Positions 1 through 29,755 of a DNA stretch of 64,000 bases are shown here, in pieces. Under the pieces are notes generated by a model. That model had not been told where the DNA came from. It ran no database searches and saw nothing but the letters and a program-made list of their open reading frames with translations. The stretch is from contig CM119264.1 in the NCBI GenBank assembly GCA_051294375.1, forward strand, positions 7,337,814-7,401,813, in the 5' to 3' direction. Origin of the DNA: Paraspadella gotoi (lineage: Eukaryota > Animalia > Chaetognatha). Every line of letters starts with the position of its first letter. Position 1 is the stretch's first letter. A program made the translations under genes and the position numbers.

Positions 1-555
1 GTAACGACGAATAAAAAAATGGGACAAAAAAACTTGTCATCGACTTTTTTGCTTTGGTTCACATCGTCATCGTCGTCGTCGCTCACATAGTCGTCGTTCA
101 CATCGTCGTCGTCGTTCACATCTCTAACTTGAAAGATGGACAAAAAGTTGGCCATCGGGGAGGAAAAATTCGAAACTTTGACCGAAACAAAAGTCAGTGT
201 TTTGTAAATGGTGTTTGTTCTGATAGTCGTTGTATTAAATTTTAGATATTTAATTCTTTTATCAAACCTTTAAGCTGTTTTTGCTAAAGCTGAAAAAATT
301 ATATTAAATCTGGAAAACCCAGTGCTAATACGGATTTTCTCTATTAAGTAAATAATCATTATTTTTTCTACTCTTTTAAGAAGACTTATATACAAAAAAA
401 ACAACTCAAGAATGAACAAAAGACGCAGGTGTTACAGTTTGACAAGTTTAACAAAACAAATGTACAATATAAAAAAGAGTGATCTTTAAGAACGAAGTGA
501 TCGCTCTCCTTCAACTCTGACGATACATCATTCTGCCACCTGAATCGACGTCCTC

Positions 556-594
<39 letters not shown>

Positions 595-1520
595 TTCTTA
601 GTCGTCGTCGTTAACGGTCACACCCAGAATTCGATGTGATATCGTTTTTCATTTATATCAGGTCATCCAAAATTAATTCGTCCTTTTACATTTAAGAATA
701 CATCGCGTTTCGTATCGCTCATCGATGGAGCGAGCCTGTCGAATGTTTAAGAATTTTAAAAAATTCAGAAATATCTGAGAAAGTTTAAGTATAATGGAAA
801 TCATGTGTCAGTCATTGAAATTGAAAGGTCTAAACATTAACATCAGAACTTTAAAATTCAAGAGAACTAAAGTTACACGAAAGACGACCGACCGACTTTG
901 AGAATGAAATAAAATTGTATTCATTAGGTATGCGCAATAGCAAGAGCAACATTAAAATTTTGTACAAAGTGGAAAGAAAAACTCATTATACCCTAAAAAT
1001 ATGTGTTAAATATCAAAAAAAGAGGAGGGACTGAGAATTTCTAGTAGATGAAGATGAGATTAAAAGGACTCATAACATCAGTAACATTCCTTTCACACGT
1101 CCGCTGCTGAATGAGCTTCGTCTGAAAAACGAAATTGAACCCGCGCATTAAAAAGAACATATTAGGTTCGTAGATTTCCGGCTTTTTTGACTTTGTCCTG
1201 ACTTTGTCACGCATTTGTCTCTTTTTCTATTGTATTTTTTTGACAACTGTCAATTTTCGAATCTGGTCGAAACCGTCTTTGTTTTCTCAAGAACACCATT
1301 TTGACGTCGTATTAACTAACAACGTTCTCTTAACGAACAAACGTTTATTTTTTGTTCTTAAATTTCCTTATATACCCTTAGGTTTTATTCCCATTCTTCG
1401 TCTGTGATACATAAAACAACAAATTTTTAAAAGGAATAAAGAAAAACTAATAAAAAGAAAACAAAACAGAAACGAAATTTAAACGAAAAGAAAAAAAACA
1501 AACAAAACGACGGCGTCTCC

Positions 1521-17442
<15,922 letters not shown>

Positions 17443-17960
17443 ATTTAAATTAAATTCGCTATTGATTTCTTTCAATACATTGCAATCTCGTCTCGCTCCG
17501 ATATTACACGACGTCACATTCGCCGTCTAGTTTCGACGGCTAATCATCAATATTGTCATTCTGAGCACTGTCATTGGTATATTGTTTATAATGCCTAGAT
17601 GAAGTCACTTTAAAATTCGCGCCCCTTACTTCTCTCCTCTTTCCCGACCTCCTCCTCCCTCTCCTCCCATCCCACTTTTTGTTATATTTTGAAATAGAAT
17701 TTTTTTTTTTCATCGTTTATAACTGGGATTAAAATTTGTCTCCGCCTCGTGAAATGAATATGAAATGGACAACTAAAAGATAATTACGGTAGAGGGCAAC
17801 ACCGACAACAGGTCTGATTAACTCTGTAACGGTCACGACTCACGAGAGAGAAGTTTGTAGTTTTGTACGAAAGAAGCTATTAGGTTATAAATTACAATAT
17901 AAATCACAATAACAGTATCAGTATAAACTAAACTAATTCTCAACCGGGCAACGTCAACCC

Positions 17961-19042
17961 TCAAGCTTCTCCGTTCGACTTCCGGTTCACCAACGCCGCC
18001 AAGATTTCGTCGTACCGGGCGCCCTCCGTTTCCGGCGAGTGGTGATTGAACACGTGACGCAGGGCGCCGAAAATGAGGGCCTCTCTGGCGGCGGCGTCAT
18101 CGACGAGCATCTCTAGGCAACGGATGAAGGACGGAGGATCGGAAAAGAGGAAACCAGTATCGCCTAATTGATCAATGAATATATAAAATAATAAAATAAT
18201 CAGATCATCATCATCATCATTTTCCTACCATGTCTCACGACGGCTCGATTGGCTTCAATATCTCGAGCCAATACTGGAGTGCCCAAAGACATGGCTTCAA
18301 GAATAGCGGCCGACATGCCTTCACTGAGAACAATGACAAAAAAGGATCTCTGGATTTGATTTTAGTTTTATGGGGCCAAAGAATCTCTGATTAGTCAATT
18401 GTCTAATATTAGAACCTGATGGACGAATTGACGACAGCAAAAGCGGACCTCATTGCGGCGTGCATCTGCGTCAGTGGCAAACCCGGGTAATACCAGACTC
18501 CACTAGAAAAAATATTTAAAAAATTATCAGGGGATTTTTCTAAATCAATGATGACAGTCAAAGAAACGGTTTACGAGGTCAAATCGTGCCGTCTGCCTTT
18601 CTCATCCATTTCATTGTCGTCATTCGTCAGTTTCGTCACCTCATGGGCCGAATTCGATCTTCGATCTCCCGCGTGAATTCGTCGTCCAACGAGGGACCGA
18701 CGAGGATAAAGTGAAACTCTTTTCGATGCTCTTTTGTCAGACGCCATCTCTCGAACGAGTCCGTCAGAAACAAAGGGTCTTTCACTGCGAAGGAGGCGAA
18801 TACAAGAATGAAAATCATAATTAATATGAAATTGGTACAACCAATATAAAAATTATCCATTCATTTAATAAATAAGCTATCCTGCCCCCGACTTCGGACA
18901 TGTTTTTCGTTTCCCTAAAAATACAAAATGCAAATCATTCTTACCTCTCCTCATACAGGCGACCAACAAAATGAGTTTCGTGTTCGCTATGGGAATTTCG
19001 AATCTTTCACTCGCGACTTTCAAAAAATTGAATTCCTCTGTT

Positions 19043-19083
<41 letters not shown>

Positions 19084-19951
19084 GCTCTGAGGAATGACGA
19101 CGAACGAAGGTCCCTTATCGCAGTCGAACGTTTGTTCAATTTCAACTCCTTCAGTGTCCCTTTGCGCCGGAAGTTTAGCCTCTCCACCAAATCTTTTGAA
19201 ATTGTTTAGGGAAAAGTGTTGGAAAAGTTGACCCTCGAATAATCCTAATATATTCAAGTTTGGTGCAAATTTAGGGCATATACGTGAAGTCGATTGAAAA
19301 AAAGCTATATTAAAAGGTGAGAATATGTATATTATTTAAGACAAAAAAAAAGGAAAATAGGGAAAAAATTGGGCGACTTGATATTTTTAATGGGATTTTT
19401 TTTTTTAATTTAGTTTAGCAAGAGTTAGTGGTTACGAAGCTAAGAATTTGGGGCTGAAAAAAATAACTGAATAAATTTTTTAAAAATACGCAAAAAAGAA
19501 AGAAAAAAAAATCTATTTTTTTAACGATAAAAACCGAAGTTAAAAACGGTGACTCGATTTCCCGAACCTTTTTTCGGCGATCGACTTCATGGAGTCGGTG
19601 AAGCAGACGGCGTAGTCGCTGGCGGCGACGACACGACGCATGACGTCCATTTTATCGTCGTCGTCGACGTCGGCGCTGAGGTCCGTCCCGCCAAAGATGA
19701 GGAGAAGGGGGAGGCGTCGGGGGAGGGAGGAGAGGAGGCGGCCGCTAGAGATGAAAACGGATCGAATCAGATTGAGTAAATAAATGGGTTTTTTTATTGT
19801 GTTTTACAACAAACTAACTTGAAACTTTGACTGACTTTCATTTAGTGGAAAAAAAGATCGCAGCGGAAAAATTGTCGAGCCGAGTCCACGGTTGACTTTG
19901 TTTACCCTTTTTCTTGACGAGGGGGTCGTAGTCTAAAGCAAAAACAAAATC

Positions 19952-20038
<87 letters not shown>

Positions 20039-20322
20039 GACTTCCCTTCAGCACACTGAATATTGAAGAGGAAAACTTAATCATTAAATATTATAAGTGA
20101 AATAACCTACAAATGAGTATCGAAGCTGAGAAAAATAAAAAAAAATTGACAAAAAAAAAACAAACAAAAAAAGCATTTAAACTCCTTTCTTTGAGAGGGA
20201 TCATTTATGAAAGGATTACCCCCTAACTCGCTGAATTTTCCGGTCTCGATCAATAGCACCCTGTTTTCCAATGGAACGAACTCGGGCGTTCGTCGCCAAG
20301 CATTTTCTGAAGGCCATTGAAT

Positions 20323-20374
<52 letters not shown>

Positions 20375-20995
20375 TTTCCGAACGAAGCATATGGTTTTCC
20401 AATACCATCGGGGTGCTCTGACGACACGCGACAGTTGCCCGAGAAACTGTCGTTATGGAAACAAAAGATTGCAACACGTCGCGTCAAAACAAAAAATCAA
20501 AAACTGCGAGGCTTAAAATCAGAACAATTGAAATATGGATGGGAAAATTGGGCCAACGACATTTTTACAGCAAAAGAAGTGATTTCACGTGAGGTTTTTC
20601 ACGAGTTTCAGTAAATGTGGTTGCCGTGAGTCTCGTCGATATGACGACGCATCGTCCCGACGACGTCACCACTCCTCCCCCCACGGTCACCCTCTTCCCT
20701 TCTCTCACCTCTTGTACGCGTGGATGAGTACGAGGCAATCCAGTTCGCCGTCGTCCTCCCACGGCGGCCGCGGGTCGTCGACGACCGTTTCCGGCTGAAC
20801 CGTCTCCACCCGCCAACCTTTGGCCGACAAGAGCCTACGAAGACGCATGGCCGTCGTCGCGTTGCCGGTGCCGACGCGTTGAGGAGAGACGATGAGAATC
20901 CGGCGCCGAGAGAGAGCGGGGGCGTTGACGGATGCAGAGACGGTCGTAGGAGACGGCGTCAGGCGGCGCTCCTCGTTTTCGGGCGGGGTCGTCAT
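17961..20995 (-). CDS. GLT1D1: Glycosyltransferase 1 domain-containing protein 1 (GT-B fold)
   Basis: Seven frame-consistent GT-AG exons: 20995-20709, 19744-19568, 19192-18945, 18784-18640, 18502-18416, 18323-18229, 18163-17961. Motifs [66 protein letters not shown]. Confidence 0.93.
20434..20462. promoter_or_regulatory. Two adjacent X-box-like motifs in GLT1D1 intron 1
   Basis: GTTGCC-CG-AGAAAC (20434-20447) and GTCGTT-AT-GGAAAC (20449-20462, matches GTHNYY-AT-RRNAAC). Confidence 0.35.
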
Positions 20996-21305
20996 CGCAA
21001 TCGAGGGATCACTATATTTGAGTGTCAACCACGCTGTCCAGGATCGGTTTTTTTTTCCTCTGTTCTTTTTTTTCGCTTTTGTTTCTCTTGACAATAGAAA
21101 CAAAAGAGCATTGTTTTCGAAATCGACCTCGTGACTTTACGTGAGCTACGAGGTGCAATCCCATCGGCCATTCGCTTATTCTTTACTTTATCGCTGAAAA
21201 AAAATCTCATGATCCTAAAGTGTCCCTTAAATTATAAAGGGCCGCTTATTGGTCAATTAGGTTTCGCGTGATACCAGGGTCCTTCCTTTGTGTAAAAAAG
21301 AATTG

Positions 21306-21408
<103 letters not shown>

Positions 21409-21494
21409 AATTTTGAACAAGAACCAGCAAGTTATAGTATTGCGCCGCAACGAATTTTTTTCGTTGACGTATTAACAGATAATTACGTATCAAG

Positions 21495-21910
21495 TATTAA
21501 TGATATGCACGAAAGCATCTTATAGTTTATTACTTCTAAATTAAGTTCTAAACCAAGCAAACAAATATTACATGAAATATGCCGCATTTATTTTTTAATC
21601 ATATAACCATTTTTCTGTATGTACACAAGTATAAAGCACTTATTGATGTTTTACCAGTCTGCCAAATATTAACAAAAATGCCCCAATAGTTTATGAGTTT
21701 TGCCGTAATGAATTTATAGTCATATGATCGATTTTTTAGGTGATAATGTGAATGCATAATTGCATATACATGTGCACAATAAAGATATCACCTTTCTACC
21801 AAATATGAACTTAATTTTTAAAGCATTATTTGAGTTATGAATATTTTATAAGTGGGATAGTCTGACAGACAGTCCGACTGACCGACCGCCAAGTGTAACT
21901 AAAGAACTAA
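21495..21910 (-). mobile_element. Degenerate Helentron/DINE-like non-autonomous element
   Basis: GACA/GACC microsatellite-like block (gacagacagtccgactgaccgaccg) in AT-rich context with ccaaatatgaac-type blocks. Confidence 0.3.
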
Positions 21911-24900
21911 GTGTTGCAATGTTCACACTGCGATTTCAAAAGAATATGTGAAACCTAAACATCATGAAACCGTTGATTGATTAGGGTTTACATCTGACGT
22001 TTCAGTTTTACCTGATGTCTGTCGTCGTCGTTGTAGTTTCGATTTCGGTTTCGCTCCTATCATCAGAGATTATTAAAATTTTATTCGTGAGTCAAAAAAA
22101 ACTTAAAGCAAATTAATATGTACTCTAAAGCTTCTATAAATTAAAAAAAAGATTGAAATTTTTTTATTCTGTTTCCTAAAGCACGCCCATTTATTTTAAT
22201 TTTTGATTGATTCATGTGTTGACATTTGACGGATCGAATCAGGTCAGGTTTCAGGTTTTTTTTTTTCTTTTTCTTTCTTTTTTTTTCTCCGTTTCTTTCC
22301 TTCTCCCTTGTTTCTTACTGACACGAACGGACTGGAACTCAACCGAGATTTCTTGTTTCAAAAAGCAAAGCCTGTTGTTTTAAAAGCAAAGATGTGGAAA
22401 CAGTCAAAGTTTATTCTTTTCCAAATTTCCTCGTCTCTCTTCTTATTTTTCTCTTTTGATCTCTCTTTGTTTTAGTATTCTTTTCCTTATCCTTCCTGTC
22501 GTCTTTGTGGTTTCATAAATATGCCTATCGAACATTTTAGCCTACATGAAATTTATATTGTAAATGAAACATAACGAAGGTCAAGATAGTAAAAATGTAT
22601 ATAGCAAACAACTTAAACAAATCATTACGTTGTATTATAAATTAAACACATTTTTTTCTAAATTTCTGATATAGATAATGCATAATAATCAAATTATAAC
22701 TGAACAAATCAGGATGACATTGACAATTTTAATTACAGCCTCTTGGTCTTATCGGATTTAGTTGAAAGTTGAAACACCTTGCAGAACTATCCCATAAGTA
22801 AAAGCACTAAATCTCATCTCTCTTCTCGATGTTAGACAAAAAAAAGTTTTTCTGCCTTTTGTTTTCGTTGGGGATTTCAGTTCGAAAAATATCCGATTGG
22901 CCACTGAAGCGACCGAGTCCGCGCTCTTCCAATCTCCTCTTTCTTTCTCCCTCACCTGCTCCTGCTCCTCCTCCTCCTCCTCCTCAAAATTTAATCTTTG
23001 AAGCCTCTTACCTCATTTCACTTGAGTGTCCTTCGTGCCACGACCCTCGTGGCCTACGTGGCTTACGTGGCACTAGATTTCCTCACAACTTTCGCCAACC
23101 GCGAGAGAGTCCAAATGGCAGAAAAAGACACTCACATAGAATATTATTTTACAATTCTACAATAATTCTGTCGAACAATTAATTATGTCTGCAATCAAGA
23201 AGATCTCTTTAACCAAAATATTCTCAACGAATCAATATGAACTCAAAATCTTTTTATGAACTTTTAGCAACCATAACCGAATGATGATATCTTCATATAA
23301 GAACCATCAGAAGACGGCTGCGTAATACGGAATTTCCTGAAAATGCAAACTGGTAAGTTTAATTCTGTCAGTTTATCTCTAACCTTAATTATTGCTTTTG
23401 ATTTTAAGTAGCTCGTTTTTGATGATCCAAAAACTATTTAATAACAATGTAACAAATAACAATTTTAGCTTAATAAAAATTTTAAAAGTGAAGAATGAAA
23501 AATATTATACCAATAGTCACTACTGTGTAAATGAATTATTTGGTTAATTTTGCATTTTACGCACTTGCTATCCAATAAATGTTTAACTTTTTAAATTTTA
23601 AGTTTAAAATTTAATTTTAATTTATTATAACCCAATTTTTATTCCTAACAACTGTTGGGCTTATTTTTATTTTCGCCGACCTGGGTTAGGCGGTGTTTAG
23701 GGTTAAGGTAGGGCCAATCTTTATCAATGGGGTGGGTCAAAAGTTTGATTTGGGAATCTTCCTAAATAAAACTTCATATATTTTTGAGAAATCTTTTTTA
23801 AAATGGTTAAAAGCACTAGTAATTAAAATTTTTTTAAATTTTTTTTGTTTTAAAAGCAGATTCAGATAGTTTATGGAAATTGTGTACACAAAGCATAATT
23901 CTTTTTTTAATATTTTGTTGATAAGCGAGTCAAATTTGGGAAAAACCTTAAAAATTATCATCATTATCCGATAATTAAGATTTGTTAGTTTTTAAGTAAT
24001 AAAACATCAAAATTTTAAATAAAAAGTTATTATTATATTTTTTGTTTAACTTTTTGAACTCTGTCAGAATTAATTAAAAAAACTTAAAATATCTAAAAAA
24101 ATTTTTGGGCATTATATAGTAATTAGCAAACATTTTTTGCTAAAAAATATTTTAATATAATAACTAATACTAATAATGGATTTGTTTTATGCTGTTCCCA
24201 TTGAAATTAGAATTTAGTCGGCTGCCGCTAGTTAAGGGTGGTTTAGGGATAGGGGTTATTAGGGTTAAGGTTTAGGTTAGGGTAATTTGGTAAAAAAATT
24301 TTTAATTTTTTTTAAAAATAAGTGTTTTTAGTAGTTTTTCAAAGCGCCAAAACTTCGATCAGCAAAATTAAAATTTTATCCCTAATTCTTATCCTTAACA
24401 TAACCTTAATCTTAACCTGTATCATAATTTTTAAATTTAAAGGGAATTTAAATCTGCCATCAAAAGTAGTGAAGACGCATTTAAAAATTTTAATATTTTT
24501 TATGGGTAGTATTGTAGATAAAAATAGCCTATAACAAATTAAAAAATAAAAATGAGTTTTTTATATGCTAATGCTCATTAGTAGAATGTTATTTGTTTAA
24601 CTTTTAGAATTTTCAAATTGTTATATAATACAAAATAATTCCGTGTTCAGCTTTCTCCGATTTTTTTAATTAACCAATTTTGTTTTTTAATTTGATATTT
24701 TAAATTTCATTTAAAATTTTAATTATTAAAGATATCCATATATTTTTATTATTTTTAATATTTACCATTTTATTTTTTCAGATTAAAACTGAAATTTGGA
24801 GGCAGCACCCAAACCTTTTGCTGTTACGACAGCGTCAGTGATCCTAACTTCAAGATAGTGTAAGTGTAAGGAACCATAATGATAATATTTACTATTTTTA

Positions 24901-25525
24901 TTTTTATATTTTTATTGGTATACTTAATACTTTTCCAATTTGCAGTGTCCGCAATGATCCTTAATTGTTAAAATTTATAAAATTATCTTTTTATGTGCCA
25001 TCAGTGCAATTAATCTTGCTCAATACTCATTTATTGTTTGAATGTTAAATTGTTTCAAATCGTTTTATCTTTTTATCGTCTTAACTGTAAAATTGTCTCT
25101 TTTATTTCAGAAAAAAACAAAAAAACTTCAAGATGATCCTTGATGATCCGCATCTTCTTAAGCCTGAACATTTTCAATTTGGTCATCGAACACATTCATG
25201 TTTTAACATTTTTAAAGCTTTCTTTCAATTTTCTTTAAAATAATTTGGAAAATGATTTTGGATTCATATTTTTTTATGGCAAAGTTTATTTTATAAATGA
25301 AGAGCGATAGTAAATGTTTTGTTGTAAGTTTATATGTATAAAATACGTGGCAGTGTATATGAAAAGCCTTTTTTAAACTATTGATTTCAAACTATGAAAA
25401 TTATTACTTTCTAGCATATCATCTTATTCCTCGGGTCATTTTTTATTTTAAAAATCGGTTTGGAATAGTTCTTTCTATCATTAAGCACAAGAGTGCTGTT
25501 GCTTATTCTAATACTTCAAAATTCG

Positions 25526-25748
25526 TTACGACATCAAAACTGGTTTATGACGTTATCAAAACTGGTTTATGACGTTATCAAAACTGGTTTATGACGTTAT
25601 CAAAACTGGTTTATGACGTTATCAAAACTGGTTTATGACGTTATCAAAACTGGTTTATGACGTCATCAAAACTAGTTTATGACGTCATCAATACTAGTTT
25701 ATTACGTCATCAATACTAGTTTATTACGTCATCAAAAGTGGTTTATGA
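25526..25748. repeat. 22-bp tandem array (10 units) containing a CRE-like TGACGTCA/TGACGTTA core
   Basis: Unit TGACGT(C/T)ATCAAAACT(G/A)GTTTA, counted by hand. No spacers. Confidence 0.95.
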
Positions 25749-25963
25749 GAGATAATAAAAAACGGGGTCTGCAGTTTGTCACAGAACCCCGAACATCCCG
25801 GCGACTGGATCAGTTTCTTTAATTTTCTATCGCTATCTCATCTCTCTTTAATTTTCTCTCGCTATCCTCTCTCTCTGATTAAAGTTCGATCTTGAGTTTA
25901 ATCGCGAGGTGTTAATTTCATCACGTTTTTCACAAAGTAAACAAAAGTAAACACGTCGCAATA

Positions 25964-26501
25964 TTATTTTTTAGGTAAACAAGATTGACAAACAGGCACC
26001 AACAATTTTCACAATTATTGGGATACAAAGCAGCAATATTGTAAAATTGATAAATGATAAAATCAAGAAAATTTTCGACATTGGTTTATCCTTGGATTTG
26101 AATAAAAGAAAGTTTTTTTTCAATGACTGCATTGTTGGATTCATTCATTAATTCTGCGGGTGGATAATATCCATATGTTTGATGATTAACACAGTTTCAT
26201 CTTCTAACGTCAGGTCCATGGTAAGTTTGATTTCAAAGTATTTTCCTTCATAGACAAAAGTGTCTTCCGCTTCGAAGGTTGTGCAATCGAAGTTATCGGG
26301 ATCACAGAAGAACTCGTACAGTTTATCTAAAGGTCCTTTTTTAACTAAATGCTTTAGTTCTCTGAATGGTATTTGAATCGAGCACTTAGCAAAGATGGGT
26401 TCTCTCTGATGAATCTGCACGAACTTGACTTTCTTATTGTTCATTGCGCAGAAATAAACGTCTTCGCAAATCTCACAAGCCTTTCCCTTTTCAATTTCCA
26501 T
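25964..26501 (-). pseudogene. Frameshifted copy of the 178-aa Cys-rich orphan ORF
   Basis: Identical to 29970-30506 up to TVLIIK, then small indels (real decay or read error). Confidence 0.7.
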
Positions 26502-26632
26502 TTTTACTTTAATTAAGAAACAAAAATTTGAAAAATCATGTAATTAAACAAATTCAAAAACAAAATACAATACAATTATTTACAATGATTTTACTATTCT
26601 AAATCTAAATCTAAATCAATACATATTTATAA

Positions 26633-27245
26633 TTAAACATTAAGGGGAACATCCATCATTGCAATAGCTCCCCCCTCTTCGTCGCTTGAATCAACCTCTT
26701 CCCCCATCCTCGCCAACTCATCATCATCCTCGACTAGCACCCTCTTCAACTGCATCACCCCTTCCCTCACCCTAATTTTCTCGGGCTCTCGGGCTCTTCT
26801 CTCCTCCCCATGTGACAGGTGTTGGGCTTTCCCTACATCCATCGAGGAATAATCCGTCTCGCAGAGGCTGATGAAAAATATAGAGAAAAAAGTTAGTTTA
26901 AATTGTAAATTTTAAAAATATAAAGTTTTATAATCTTACATGGAGATTAGAACCTTCTACATATAGAGGGTCTTCGGCGTTTGCCGGTCGGTCTTGTTGA
27001 CCGGGCGCCCCATGAAAAATGATGCCCTTAGAGGCACCATGAGAACGCGGCATCATGGGGCCGCACGAATAGGGGAAGTTGAGTTCTTCATTTTCAACAA
27101 TAAAGTCCTGAGTTTTTGCGAAAACATACATCTCCTCAGAGATGTATGTTTTAATTGTCTCTTTCACACTTTCGAGGCAAACCATGTCTGGGACATGGTT
27201 TGCCATGGCTTCCTCATGAAGTCTTTTCCAGTCAATATCGCACAT
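26633..27245 (-). CDS. Copy of the two-exon orphan gene (MCDIDW...), with indels
   Basis: Paralog of 30634-31255 with the same intron and the same acidic tail DSSDEEGG. Confidence 0.6.
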
Positions 27246-27651
27246 CTGTTAATATAAATTTTTATATTCATTGATAACGATGATCATAATTAAAATATAA
27301 CAAAGACTACTACATTAACTTCGAAGATGATCAAATATAACAAAGACTACTACATTACATTTTTGAAAAAATTTTTTCTTTAAATTTCACACTCGAATTT
27401 ATTAAAATTTTGAAAAAAAAATAAAAATCCCCTTTTAACACTAATAAATAAAAAAAATCTTAATTCAAAACATTCCCCCTTACCCAAATCTTACTCTTAT
27501 TAAACATTTAAACCCACTCATCCCACCCCCAAAAGAGTTTTTTGATATAAAATTCGTCATCGTTCGTCAGCGTCGTTGTCGTAGTATTGGCGCTTGAAGA
27601 TGGCCGGTTTCGACTAGCCATTTCCAAGGCCTCCGCCGTCGCCCTCTTTTA

Positions 27652-27918
27652 TGACGACATCAAAACTGGTTTATGACGTCATCAAAACTGGTTTATGACG
27701 TCATCAAAACTGGTTTATGACGTCATCAAAACTGGTTTATGACGTCATCAAAACTGGTTTATGACGTCATCAAAACTGGTTTATGACGTCATCAAAACTG
27801 GTTTATGACGTTATCAAAACTGGTTTATGACGTCATTAAAACTAGTTTATGACGTCATTAAAACTAGTTTATGACGTCATTAAAACTAGTTTATGACGTC
27901 ATCAAAACTAGTTTATGA
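27652..27918. repeat. 22-bp tandem array (12 units) with perfect ATGACGTCAT palindromes
   Basis: Same unit and orientation as 25526-25748. Confidence 0.95.
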
Positions 27919-28499
27919 ATTTTCTATCTATTTTGGTTCTCTCATCACCATGGGTGTCAGTCAGTCTCTGTTAGGCAGAGGTGACATCGGAATTTTCGTT
28001 TCCAACGGTCAAATTTCTCAAGGTTCATTAACGTCCGAAGTCTGAAGTCTCCTTTTCGAGGTTGTTTTTCTCTATTGGAGATTTAGGATATGTGGAAAAG
28101 GAAGAGTATTTGGAAGAAAAAGGAGAAAAAAAGCAAAAAGAAAAGATAGGAAAAGCGGTTAATTTGTAACTACTGTAACCGGTCTGAGTGGTAAGTGGAC
28201 CCAAACGTAATTTTAATTCATGAAACTTTGTTTTTAATCTTTATTTAAACAGCTTTATTTCAAAAATTGCATTCAATATTAAAACGTTATGACGACATGG
28301 TGATACTTCGTCAGGGAAACCGTGATGTTCTCGGTCAAATAATATTATTATAATCTAATTCTTTTAATTTAATATTTTGTTTTTGTCTCATTGAAGATAT
28401 AATTATCAATAACTGTTTATTCGATGTTATTTTTATTTGACGAATTTATTATTAAATTACCCATTCATTAAAAAAAAGATTCTTTTTAATTTTTAAAAG

Positions 28500-29058
28500 T
28501 TAATGGAGGCTGGAAGAACAAAATTTAAATTAGAGACAGTGGTGAAGAATCAAAGCATGGTTTGGAAGCATTACTATCCCAAACTCTTTAAACCCAACCT
28601 TTTCCTTAGGTACCAAAGCATCCTCCATATTCCAACTAGTTTAACATTTCTGGATTTAACTCATCATGAAAAAGCTCTCAAAACAATAATAATAAAATAC
28701 TAAACTAATAAATAAGCATTATTCCGCGTCCCAATCCAATCCTCTTTATTCCCTTCAACACATTTTCCCCAACTTCACCATCGCCCGGTGCGCTTTCCAT
28801 TCGTGCACTTCCAAATCTCTCATTCCCATCATGGTGAGGAATTCTATTTTTTTCCTTTCATCTAGGTTCGCCGCAAGAAGAGGCCCAAGTCGTAATTGAT
28901 AACTTTTCTAAATGGGATGTAGACATTTGCTGGACGAGCTTTCTCGTGTCAATTACCGTGTTAAATATGTTTTTCATAAAATGTTGATTTTTGTCTTTCA
29001 CATTTTTAACAATGTTTTTTTCATTTATCCATATTTTTTTCATTTATTTATGATCATA
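28500..29058 (-). pseudogene. Frameshifted orphan ORF remnants of the island
   Basis: Codon-like purine-rich minus-strand stretches (KKIWINEKNIV..., ERKKIEFLTMMGMRDLEVHEWKAHRAMVK, WNMEDALVPKEKVGFKEFGIVMLP) broken by indels. Confidence 0.35.
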
Positions 29059-29246
29059 TTTATATTTAAAAATCTTACTAATAACTGTAAGAGATAATAA
29101 AAAACAGGAGAGATAGAATAAAATAACTTTGGGAGCCAACTTCCGGTCTAGCCTATGACATCATGCCCTGATCACGTCACACATATTAACACAATTATTT
29201 ACAATGATTTGATTATTCTAAATCTAAATTAATACATATTTATAAT

Positions 29247-29755
29247 GAAACATCAAGTTGGGAGCATCCATAATGGCAAAAGCTCCCCCCTCTTCATCAC
29301 TCTTCTTCACCCATCCTCGCCAACTCCTCATTGTCTTCTATCAAAAAACCCTCCTCAACTCCATCACCCCCTTCCTCACCCTAATCTTCTCGGGCTCTCG
29401 GGATTTTCTTTCCTCCCCGATGTTATGTAGGTGATCTGGTTTACCTACATCACACGAGGAGTAGTCCGTCTCGTGTAAGCTGATGAAAAATATAGAGAAA
29501 AAGTGAGTTTAAATTGTAAATTTTAAAATTGAAGTTTTATAATCTTACAAAGAAATCAGACCTACATAAAGTAGGTCTTCCGCATTTGCCCGGTCGGTCT
29601 TGTTGACTGGGCGCCCCATGAAGAATGATACCCTCAGGAGGCACCATTGTGGTCGAGGCATCATGAGGCCGTAGGAATAGGGAAAGTTCTTCTCCTCTTC
29701 TTCTATCAGGAATGTTTCCGTCTTTTTAAAAACATACATCTCCTCTGAGATGTAT
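29247..29755 (-). pseudogene. Diverged, 5'-truncated paralog of the MCDIDW gene
   Basis: YISEEMYVFKKTETFLIEEEE...QWCLLRVSFFMGRPVNKTDRANAED, with the intron at the same position. Cut at 29756 by the end of the adjacent unit. Confidence 0.7.

Larger units (their letters stand above)
25747..27646 (-). repeat. Duplicate of 29756-32080 with an internal deletion of about 430 bp
   Basis: Both copies start gagagataataaaaaacggggtctgcag and are near-identical throughout. This copy lacks about 31281-31708. Confidence 0.9.

Noticed and set aside
23680-24420. Interstitial telomere (ttaggg-like runs)
   Set aside because: The runs are short, degenerate and in both orientations. They are more likely transposon-internal.
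23180-25260. Possible spliced plus-strand gene remnant
   Set aside because: Splice-like signals exist, but I found no sustained frame or recognisable motif.
25526-27918. CRISPR-like arrays
   Set aside because: The units are contiguous with no unique spacers, there are no cas genes, and the context is eukaryotic.
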